Under the pieces are notes generated by a model, which was not told where the DNA came from, searched no databases, and saw only the letters and a program-made list of their open reading frames with translations. Below, piece by piece: positions 17,700 through 25,658 of a stretch of DNA of 64,000 nt. The position numbers were made by a program, and so were the translations under genes. The first letter of the stretch is position 1; each line of letters starts with the position of its first letter. Origin of the DNA: an uncultured Elusimicrobia bacterium (lineage in GTDB: Bacteria > Elusimicrobiota > Elusimicrobia > UBA1565 > UBA9628); the NCBI GenBank assembly GCA_903881545.1, contig CAIRTQ010000048.1, positions 25,914 to 89,913 on the forward strand, written 5' to 3'.

Positions 17700-17976
17700 G
17701 CTTCTGGTATTGGTGGTCTATGACATCAGGTCGCCGAAGCGGCTGGCGCGGATGGGCAGGCGCATGAAGGATTTCGGGGTGCGCGTGCAGAACAGCGTTT
17801 TCGAGTGCCGTCTGGCGGTCTCCGAGTATCCGAGGCTGAAGGATGCGGCGCTGAAGATCGTGGACCCGCGGGTGGATTCCCTGCGGTTATACCGGATCTG
17901 CGCGGCCTGCGAAGAGAAGGTGGATTTCCTGGGCGCGGAGGTGCCGGGATTGCCTGACGATGTGCTTGTCCTGTGA
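17677..17976 (+). CDS. cas2: Cas2
   Basis: MPIAGKHELLVLVVYDIRSPKRLARMGRRMKDFGVRVQNSVFEC is the canonical Cas2 fold signature. Overlaps the end of cas1. Confidence 0.8.
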   Translation: MPIAGKHELLVLVVYDIRSPKRLARMGRRMKDFGVRVQNSVFECRLAVSEYPRLKDAALKIVDPRVDSLRLYRICAACEEKVDFLGAEVPGLPDDVLVL

Positions 17977-18200
17977 CCGCCAACTTGCCCGAGGTAGAAA
18001 GGGGGGGGTGGCTAGCGGTCTGGGTCTTGCGGGATTTCGGGAATGGAGTTATGCTTGTGCGGTCGGTGCAATTCTGCGGCGGCGTTGTTGGGATCGGTTG
18101 TCGGAGCAGGTTGGAGGTGGGATTGTCGGAATGGAATAGAGAGGGGTTAGCGGAATGGGGCCGAATTGGAGTGGGATTAGTAGAGGTATTTTGGGCTGCG
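17977..18200 (+). promoter_or_regulatory. Putative CRISPR leader
   Basis: Locally less GC-rich segment between cas2 and the first repeat, with reiterated GGAATGG-like short motifs. Confidence 0.45.
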
Positions 18201-19336
18201 GTCGGAAAGAAGTGACTCCCTGATAAGGGATTGAGACCCGTAACTTCTCTCTCTGTTGCTTCGTCATAGTTTCTCGTCGGAAAGAAGTGACTCCCTGATA
18301 AGGGATTGAGACGGACTTGGCCTGCGCTATGAGACTGCGGGCGAGGGTAGTCGGAAAGAAGTGACTCCCTGATAAGGGATTGAGACCCTCGAACTCGGCG
18401 TCCGATAGGGGGACGATGCCGGTCGGAAAGAAGTGACTCCCTGATAAGGGATTGAGACCGAGTGATAGACATCGACTCGCGCTTGGCGGCTATGTCGGAA
18501 AGAAGTGACTCCCTGATAAGGGATTGAGACCTGGCTTCGGCTCGATATTTAGCGCTCGGTAATGTTGTCGGAAAGAAGTGACTCCCTGATAAGGGATTGA
18601 GACTATCGCCGTGGCGCGCATCTGCGCCAAGGTGGCCGTGTCGGAAAGAAGTGACTCCCTGATAAGGGATTGAGACTTCGAAGAAGCCGCCTGCTTCACC
18701 ACATATCTGACGCGTCGGAAAGAAGTGACTCCCTGATAAGGGATTGAGACGACCCCGTCCGGATCATTACTTGTGTAGCAGTTCATTTGTCGGAAAGAAG
18801 TGACTCCCTGATAAGGGATTGAGACCACGCCGCGCTCGCCGCGCTCCACGCCGCGCTCTCCGCGTCGGAAAGAAGTGACTCCCTGATAAGGGATTGAGAC
18901 TTATTGCCATATAGAAGACCACAGCCGCTTTGATGGTCGGAAAGAAGTGACTCCCTGATAAGGGATTGAGACACCGTCTCGGGCCAGGCCGGATGCTTTC
19001 TCACAAAGGTCGGAAAGAAGTGACTCCCTGATAAGGGATTGAGACCTGGAAAGAGTGTGTTGTCCCCTTGCTATGTCCAAGTCGGAAAGAAGTGACTCCC
19101 TGATAAGGGATTGAGACAAGGCAGAGCCTTCACCGATCCGGACGACGTCCGTCAGGTCGGAAAGAAGTGACTCCCTGATAAGGGATTGAGACGAAGGAGG
19201 CGCGTCTGATTGGGCGTGAACGTGTAGTCGGAAAGAAGTGACTCCCTGATAAGGGATTGAGACTCGCCGCCGAGCCACACGCCGCCGCGCCACTCGCCGG
19301 TCGGAAAGAAGTGACTCCCTTATGCTGTACAGGCCT
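18201..19336 (+). CRISPR. CRISPR array: 15 full copies plus 1 degenerate terminal copy of a 37-bp repeat GTCGGAAAGAAGTGACTCCCTGATAAGGGATTGAGAC, with 34-38-bp spacers
   Basis: Exact repeat copies start at ~18201, 18276, 18350, 18422, 18494, 18567, 18640, 18714, 18789, 18864, 18936, 19009, 19081, 19156 and 19227. A truncated, diverged copy starts at ~19300. The repeat has an internal hairpin (TCCC TGATAA GGGA) and a 3' ATTGAGAC handle-like end. Leader side and orientation are consistent with cas1-cas2 upstream. Confidence 0.95.
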
Positions 19337-19355
19337 AGCCCGGTCAGTTCCAGAG

Positions 19356-21140
19356 ATGATGGTTAAGCGCGGATGCCCCGTGCGCCAGTCAAGGAGGAGT
19401 GCAATCATAGCCGCCAAAACAGTTCGGGCGCTTCTGCATAAAGCCGCCGCATCCGACCCCGCCCTGCGCGCCGCCCTGCGCGATCGCCGCCTCGACCGCG
19501 CCCTCGGCGAGATCCCGGCCGAGCCATTCATCCTCTCCACCAAGACCGACCCGAACCAACTGCAGTACTTCTTCGCCGGCAAAAAGGCCACCTTCGTCCA
19601 CCGTTTCCCGCATAACGTCTCGGTAGGCGCCCCCGGCCAGGCCGTCCTCGCGCTATCGGCGCTCAGGCTCAAGCCCGGCATGTCCGTGCTCATGGTCGGC
19701 GCCCGGGGCGGCTTCTGGGAGGCGCTCATCATGAGCATCTTGGGGCCCCGCGGGCGTTTGGTGGTCGTCGAGGCCGACGGCGAGGCCGCGCGGGCCACCA
19801 TCCGCAACCTGCGGCGGACCCACCGCGACGGCGGCGTGCTTGTAGTCCCGGACGATTACCCCCTGCGGGGCTTCCCCGTGGGCGCGCCCTACCACCGCAT
19901 CCTGATTTCGGCCGCCATCGAAGCCCCGCCCCGGCCGCTGATCGCGCAGTTGCGGCCGGAGGGCGAACTGGTCGCGGCGATAGAGCGCGAGGGAGGGCAG
20001 ACCCTCTGGCGCTATGCCGCCGGTGAGAAGGCGCAGCTACTGGGTCCGATCCAATTGCCTTCCTTCCTGAAGAGGGACGAATGCGGCCTGTGGCGGCTGC
20101 GCATCGGCCAGAGCGGCAAGGAAGGCGGGCTTCGCCGGCTCGATTTCACCCTGGAGACCCCGGGCGAGACCGTTGCGGTGCGGGCCCGGGCGCAGTTGTC
20201 ACGTTCGTGCGCCGAAGAATGGAGACGCGACCTTGCGGCGCTCCTGCGCGTCGATGCCCCGTCCGCGCGCGGGCAGGATCTCAGACAGCGGCGGATCGAG
20301 AAGATCGGCCGCCACATCTGGACGCATCTCCTGCCCCGGGAGATCCGGGAGAAGCTCTCCCGCGCGGAGACGGCGCGCGGCTTCATCATGCTCTGCTCGG
20401 ATGAGGACGAGGTGCCCTGGGAGCTGACCATGGTCCCGGGGACCGGCGGGGCGCGCGACAAGCACCTCTGGGAGCGCAGCATCGTGTCCCGGCGGCCCCA
20501 AGCCTCGGCCCTGCGGCTGTCAGGAGGCTACGCCTGGCGGCCGCTGAGCGCCCTGCTGGCCTTCACCCCGGGCCGCGGTTTCGGCGGGGAGGCGGAGACG
20601 CGCGAGGTCCGCCGCATACTCGAAGGCGCGGGCGTCGGCGTCCGCGTGGCGCGCGGCCGCCGCGAGCTCGACGTGCTGCTCGCCGAAAGACGGCGCTTCG
20701 ACATATTCCATTTCGCGGGCCACGCCGAGATCGATCCGGCCTGCGCCCGGCATAGCCGGCTGTGGCTCGACGAGCCCATCACGGCCGGGGAACTGCGCAA
20801 CCGCATGGAAGGGGTGGGTGGGGCGAGCCTGGCGTTCCTCAACGCCTGCCGCTGTGCGGGCGGGAAGGGGAAGGACGGCTTCGGCAGCCTGCTCAGCGTG
20901 TTCCTCGACTGGTCCGAGACCGCGGTCGGGCCGCTCTGGGAGGTCTGCCCGTTCGGGGCCCGCAAGGTCGCCAGGACCTTCTATAAGCGGCTCGTCGAGG
21001 GGCACTACATGGGCCACGCCCTGCGCGCCGCCAAAGGCAAGACCCGCAACGTCTACGGCGACCGGGACCTGACCGCGAGCTGGGCCGCTTATGTCCTCTA
21101 CGGCGACCCCGCCCGGGCCCTCTTCCCCCTGCCCGACTGA
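19356..21140 (+). CDS. Fusion of a PCMT-like (protein-L-isoaspartate O-methyltransferase fold) domain and a CHAT-family protease
   Basis: The N-terminal half aligns in pattern to the PCMT family (APYHRILISAAIEAPPRPLIAQLRPEGELVAAIE...LGPIQLPSF), but the SAM glycine motif is degenerate (LMVGARGGFW). The C-terminal CHAT dyad is FHFAGHAEID (His) and AFLNACRCAGG (Cys). Start at the internal Met just past the array. Confidence 0.6.
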   Translation: MMVKRGCPVRQSRRSAIIAAKTVRALLHKAAASDPALRAALRDRRLDRALGEIPAEPFILSTKTDPNQLQYFFAGKKATFVHRFPHNVSVGAPGQAVLALSALRLKPGMSVLMVGARGGFWEALIMSILGPRGRLVVVEADGEAARATIRNLRRTHRDGGVLVVPDDYPLRGFPVGAPYHRILISAAIEAPPRPLIAQLRPEGELVAAIEREGGQTLWRYAAGEKAQLLGPIQLPSFLKRDECGLWRLRIGQSGKEGGLRRLDFTLETPGETVAVRARAQLSRSCAEEWRRDLAALLRVDAPSARGQDLRQRRIEKIGRHIWTHLLPREIREKLSRAETARGFIMLCSDEDEVPWELTMVPGTGGARDKHLWERSIVSRRPQASALRLSGGYAWRPLSALLAFTPGRGFGGEAETREVRRILEGAGVGVRVARGRRELDVLLAERRRFDIFHFAGHAEIDPACARHSRLWLDEPITAGELRNRMEGVGGASLAFLNACRCAGGKGKDGFGSLLSVFLDWSETAVGPLWEVCPFGARKVARTFYKRLVEGHYMGHALRAAKGKTRNVYGDRDLTASWAAYVLYGDPARALFPLPD

Positions 21141-21142
21141 GC

Positions 21143-22114
21143 TTAGGCGGAGGTTCCCAGCAGGCCTGCGGTCAGCGTCGCGGCGTCGAGCAGCCTGCGG
21201 CCGCGGACGATGCGCATCGCGCAGAGTTCGCGGGTCGCATTCTTGAGCAGAAGCAGGATATCCGCGGGCGGGCGGTGCATGCGGCGCGCGATCTGCGCCG
21301 GGGAAAGGCCATCGACCAGGAGCATCTTCAGCGCGGCGCTTTCGGCCGGGTGGTCCTCGGCGAGGGCCTCAAGGTGCTCCTCCTTCAGGATGAAGTGGCC
21401 GCGGACGTAGTCGAGCGCGGCCTTGGCCGTGGCGAGGTCGTAGCCCATCTCGCGCAGAAGGGCCGCTGAGCCTCGGGTCACCAGCAGTTCGGTGTCGTCG
21501 CGGTCCATGATCGGGCCCGCTTCATCGTGCGGCACGCGCAGGACGTGCGTCAGGAACAGCGCGAGCTGGTAGTTTTCGTTCTTAAGCGCGTAGAGCGCAT
21601 CCATCACCTCGCGCCTGAGCCGTGCGACCCAGAGAGCTTCGAGCGGCGGCAGGTCCTCGGCGGAAGTGACCTCCGCCAGCTCCCGCTGCGCTCCTTCCTC
21701 GGTTGATATCTTGCCGTTGAGCGAACGGGCCCTGACGATGATTTTTCCATCGTCCTCGTCGGATCCGGACTCCCTTTGGGGCCGTTCTTCGCTGCTGTAG
21801 ACGCGGTACTGGGTCCGGGTGAAATTGTACGCGACCGTATCGGACCAGGAGAGGAAATTGCCTTTCTCCGGGTTCCATTTCTCGTTACGGATCTGGAACA
21901 GGACGTATGCCTCGGCGGCCTTGATGTGGAGCTTCAGATCCAGGAAGAACGCCTTTCGGTCGCTCGGATGGAAGATCCTGAGCATGGCTTTCTTGACGGA
22001 GGCTTCCAGGCCCGGGCGCATGAGAGCCTTCAGGGATTCCTCGCCCCGGCGCTTCCTGTTCGAATAGCTCCGGGCGAGAGTGTTCGCCCGTTCGTGGTCC
22101 CTAGGCATGGTCAT
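21143..22114 (-). CDS. Atypical sigma-70-family factor
   Basis: Region-2-like FLSWSDTVAYNFTRTQYR and region-4-like HTH LSPAQIARRMHRPPADILLLLKNATREL, with a ~100-aa acidic insert between them. Tail-to-tail with the CHAT gene. Confidence 0.45.
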   Translation of the reverse strand: MTMPRDHERANTLARSYSNRKRRGEESLKALMRPGLEASVKKAMLRIFHPSDRKAFFLDLKLHIKAAEAYVLFQIRNEKWNPEKGNFLSWSDTVAYNFTRTQYRVYSSEERPQRESGSDEDDGKIIVRARSLNGKISTEEGAQRELAEVTSAEDLPPLEALWVARLRREVMDALYALKNENYQLALFLTHVLRVPHDEAGPIMDRDDTELLVTRGSAALLREMGYDLATAKAALDYVRGHFILKEEHLEALAEDHPAESAALKMLLVDGLSPAQIARRMHRPPADILLLLKNATRELCAMRIVRGRRLLDAATLTAGLLGTSA

Positions 22115-22246
22115 CCTCCTGAACGATAGGACATTTTACCAAGTTGCAGTCTGCCGCGTTCTGCGGATTTGCAGGGTGCGCGGAGGCTGGTAAAATGCTT
22201 TCATCGGGACAGGATGCCGGCCCAACTGACATAAAGGAGCAGACCC

Positions 22247-24709
22247 ATGCCTACCAACGCCATACGTGCCCGCCGGCCGGCCGAAGCCGTTGTTTCGTTC
22301 ATTCCTCTGGGCTCCGTCGGAGACATCGGCGCCGGCTGCCATTATCTGAAGTTCTCGGGCACCCCGCTCCTGCTTGACAGCGGCATGATGTCGGAATGCT
22401 CCGCGGGCTCCGGGCTTCCCGCCTACGACCGCGTCGGGGGCCTCGCCGATGTGGAGGCCATCGTCATCAGCCATGCCCATCACGACCATATAGGAAGCCT
22501 GCCCATCACGGCCCAGCGCTGTCCCAAGGCCAAAATCGTCATGACCGAGGCCACCCGGAAGATCGCCCTGCTCATGCTCGCCGATTCCGGCAGGCTCATG
22601 GCCAAGAGGGCGGCGGCCGACGATGGCGGCGGCAAGCCGCCGCATGCCGGGCTTTATCAGGAGGACGCCCTGCGCAAGCTGTTCGAGGAGAGGGTCGTGA
22701 CTGTCGCCTATAAGGCGCCCCTCGCCGTGGGGGGCCTGACCGTGAGGCTCTTCGACGCCGGGCATGTGCTCGGCTCGGCCATGGCGCTGGTCAGCGACGG
22801 CCAGGCGAGCGTGCTCTACACGGGCGACTTCTGCGACCAGCCGACCATCCTGCACCAGGGGGCTGATTTCGCCTCGGTGGGCAAGCCCGACATCGTCATC
22901 ACCGAATCCACCTATGGCTCCGACATGGGCCGGCACGACCGCGCCGAGACCGTGCGCAAGCTCGGCCAGGCCATCAGCGCCACCATCGCACGGGATGCCA
23001 TAGCCCTGATCCCCGCCTTCGCCCTCGGCCGGACCCAGGAGGTCCTGTCCGCTATCCTCGCCCTGCAGAAGAGGGTGAACCTGCCGGCCGATGTCCCCAT
23101 CTATCTTCGCGGCGGGATCAGCCGCAAGATAAACGATATTTACGAAGGTTGTGAGTGGCCGGAGTTCGATGCGGGGCATGGCCCGATCGGCACAGGCGCC
23201 GGCATCGTCATCGCCACGAGCGGCTTCCTGACGCCGGGCACGGCGTCGTTCGGGATAGCGTCGACCATCGCCCCGAATTCGGCCAACGCCATCATCTTCC
23301 CCAGCCTTTATTGCTCCAAGACGAGCTATTACAAGAATTTTATCGAGGCGCTGCAGCCTAAATGCCGGATGGAGGAGGTGGACTTCTCGGCGCATGCCAA
23401 GGGATCGGGCATCGTGGAGAATATCTCCGGCCTGAAGCCGCAGAGCGTCATCCTGGTGCATGGCGGTAATGCCCAGCGGGCCGCCCTCCAAAAGGCTTTC
23501 CAACAGCGCGGCATCACCGCCTTCTATCCCGCCTCGGCGGGCGATGAGATCCTGGCCGTCAAGAGCGGCGGAGCCTGGAGTGTGCAGTGGAGCGCGGACA
23601 TGGAAGCCGTCATCGTGACGGTCGGGACCTCGGCCCTGCGTTCCTTCGAAAAGAAGCACGGCGGCCGGGCGCCGGAATCCGTCGAGGAGCTCGCCGGGTT
23701 CGTCGCGGGGAGTCCCCGAAACTGCGCTGAGATGAACACCATCAGCCGGATGCCGCCCCAGGGCCCGCCGGCCAAACGCTTCTTCTATCTGCTCGCCTCG
23801 GCCGCGGCCAAGGACTCCGGCATGCTCTGCGCGCAGGCGTTGGCCCTGCACCTGCAGGATGCGGGCTTCCGCGTCAGTATCTCGCCCGTCGACGGGCTCG
23901 AGATGAACGCCCGCCGGTTCCGGGACAAAGGGCTGCCGAACCTGGTGGACGCGCTCATCTCGATCGCCCTGCGCCATCCCCGGGCGCGCATAGTGGCGAC
24001 CGGCGGCTTCAAGGCGACGACGGCCTTCGCCACCCTCGTGGGGGCCTGCCTCAATCTCGAGGTCCTTTATGTGCACGAGGACATGTCGTCGGACGACCCG
24101 CTGGTGCGGATGCCGGCTTTCCCGGCGGTCTTCGACTCGAACCTGGTGGCCTTCTACGCCAGCGCGATCGAGGCCGTGGTGAAACACACCGACCGTCAGC
24201 TCGCGGAGAAGCTCTGGCGCAAGCTGCCGCCTCAGCTCCAGTCGCTTTTCGACCGGGACCGAAACCTGGCTTTGTCTCCCATGGGTCGGGTGCTGTGGGC
24301 GGCGCATCGCCGCCTGCAGGCCGCGGCGCAGGCCGCCGCGGATCCGGGGCTGAAGGGCGCGGAGAAGTTCGGCTGGCCGAAGGAGGCCTGGGTGATGCCG
24401 GGGGTGTGGGAGCGCGGGGAGGATGGGACCTTGACGGTCCGCGACGCCTGCTTCGAGACTTTGCGCAACCGCCTGCGGAACCACTTCCTCGTGACGCATG
24501 TGCGGGTCTACCCGCCCGAAGAGGGAAAGCCTGCGGCCGAGGCCCCTCTGATCAAGCGCTTGAGCGTTAAGCGCAAGAAGATCGACTGCTATTTGCGCGC
24601 CGGGAAGTTATCCCAGAAGCTGAGCATCTTCGTCGAGCCTCCTTTCGAGCATGTGGTCGTGTCCTCTATCGGGGTTGACCTGGAGTGGAAGCCGCTGTCT
24701 GATCTGTAG
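22247..24709 (+). CDS. beta-CASP metallo-beta-lactamase (MBL) nuclease fused to a C-terminal CARF domain
   Basis: MBL motif ISHAHHDHIGSLP and a beta-CASP-type FSAHAKGSG. CARF motifs downstream: VIVTVGTSALRS and IVATGGFKATTAFATLVGACLNLEVLYVHED, which closely parallels the Csm6 CARF DLTSGTKAMS...VVYVDN. Confidence 0.6.
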   Translation: MPTNAIRARRPAEAVVSFIPLGSVGDIGAGCHYLKFSGTPLLLDSGMMSECSAGSGLPAYDRVGGLADVEAIVISHAHHDHIGSLPITAQRCPKAKIVMTEATRKIALLMLADSGRLMAKRAAADDGGGKPPHAGLYQEDALRKLFEERVVTVAYKAPLAVGGLTVRLFDAGHVLGSAMALVSDGQASVLYTGDFCDQPTILHQGADFASVGKPDIVITESTYGSDMGRHDRAETVRKLGQAISATIARDAIALIPAFALGRTQEVLSAILALQKRVNLPADVPIYLRGGISRKINDIYEGCEWPEFDAGHGPIGTGAGIVIATSGFLTPGTASFGIASTIAPNSANAIIFPSLYCSKTSYYKNFIEALQPKCRMEEVDFSAHAKGSGIVENISGLKPQSVILVHGGNAQRAALQKAFQQRGITAFYPASAGDEILAVKSGGAWSVQWSADMEAVIVTVGTSALRSFEKKHGGRAPESVEELAGFVAGSPRNCAEMNTISRMPPQGPPAKRFFYLLASAAAKDSGMLCAQALALHLQDAGFRVSISPVDGLEMNARRFRDKGLPNLVDALISIALRHPRARIVATGGFKATTAFATLVGACLNLEVLYVHEDMSSDDPLVRMPAFPAVFDSNLVAFYASAIEAVVKHTDRQLAEKLWRKLPPQLQSLFDRDRNLALSPMGRVLWAAHRRLQAAAQAAADPGLKGAEKFGWPKEAWVMPGVWERGEDGTLTVRDACFETLRNRLRNHFLVTHVRVYPPEEGKPAAEAPLIKRLSVKRKKIDCYLRAGKLSQKLSIFVEPPFEHVVVSSIGVDLEWKPLSDL

Positions 24710-24822
24710 CGGGATTGGCGCCTGCAGCCTGCCGTCCGGCCTGCCCGTTCATATGGGCAGGCAGGCATGGAGGTCCCCCGAAATCTTGGAGAGTGCCTAG
24801 GGCAAGAACTGGATGGCTGGCC

Positions 24823-25641
24823 TTATGGCACGGCGTGACACTGTTGAAACTGCTGATGAATGAGGTGTCGCAGGTTCTTATCCAGCGCATCGCCGATCTG
24901 CCTCCCCCAGGTACACCATTGAGCATTCCCAACTCCTTCTATGGGCCTTCGTGGATGCGGCAATACATTCCCTCCGTTGGGAAGTCGGATGGCTTCAGGA
25001 AGAAATCCATTATGCTTTTGCATTTGGGGCACATCGCCGTACGGAATAATCACTACGTTATCCGGGACGGATTGCGGTAAGACCCCGTCGTGCCCTACGC
25101 GCATCGCGACTGATTGGTTTATATACTCATCATAATCCATGTGGAATAACGCAGGGCCGCCGGCATCAATGTACGCACCGTTGGAATGGTTGGTAAGAGG
25201 GCATGGGAATAACTCCGCAAGCATTACTTCGCATGTTATAGCTGAGCGGCCCAAGAAGTCTCGCTGATAGAGCCTGCGAATCGCAGGCGGGGGGGGACTA
25301 TCCGGCTCGTAGCCTGCAATGCCAGCTAGAAGAACAATGAGCTTGTCCCAGGTGGGCTGGAGTGTCGGGAGGTGCGCCAGAACCTGGTTTTGAATTTTTT
25401 TGCAGGCCTCTTTAAATTCAGGCCCATCGGGATAATGGCGCAAATATTGCTCATGGAGTTCCCGGACATCTCCGCAGAAACCTGGTGCGGGATTCTCTGC
25501 ATTTTGGTGGCCTCGATATAATTGCGTCAGGACTTTAAGACGATAATTCACCTCTGCGGGAATCGTTACCCGTTCTTCCAATCCTAAAAGCCATATCCGC
25601 GCTTCTCGTCGTCCATAGCCGATGAAATGGTTTAGTGGCAC
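24823..25641 (-). CDS. Hypothetical protein (lower-GC segment)
   Basis: 272-aa ORF with a non-repetitive translation and no recognisable motifs. Confidence 0.3.
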   Translation of the reverse strand: MPLNHFIGYGRREARIWLLGLEERVTIPAEVNYRLKVLTQLYRGHQNAENPAPGFCGDVRELHEQYLRHYPDGPEFKEACKKIQNQVLAHLPTLQPTWDKLIVLLAGIAGYEPDSPPPPAIRRLYQRDFLGRSAITCEVMLAELFPCPLTNHSNGAYIDAGGPALFHMDYDEYINQSVAMRVGHDGVLPQSVPDNVVIIPYGDVPQMQKHNGFLPEAIRLPNGGNVLPHPRRPIEGVGNAQWCTWGRQIGDALDKNLRHLIHQQFQQCHAVP

Positions 25642-25658
25642 AATCCCTCCTCAAGGTT

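Noticed and set aside
17726-19807. Several ORFs (248 aa, 119 aa, 130 aa, 225 aa and others) spanning the CRISPR array
   Set aside because: Their translations contain the repeat-encoded peptide (…SQSLIRESLLSD…/…IPYQGVTSFR…) many times over. They are artefacts of reading through direct repeats.
22136-24499. 787-aa minus-strand ORF across the beta-CASP-CARF gene
   Set aside because: Despite its length, the translation is Gly/Arg/Ala-rich with no motifs. The plus-strand frame contains MBL, beta-CASP and CARF signatures.
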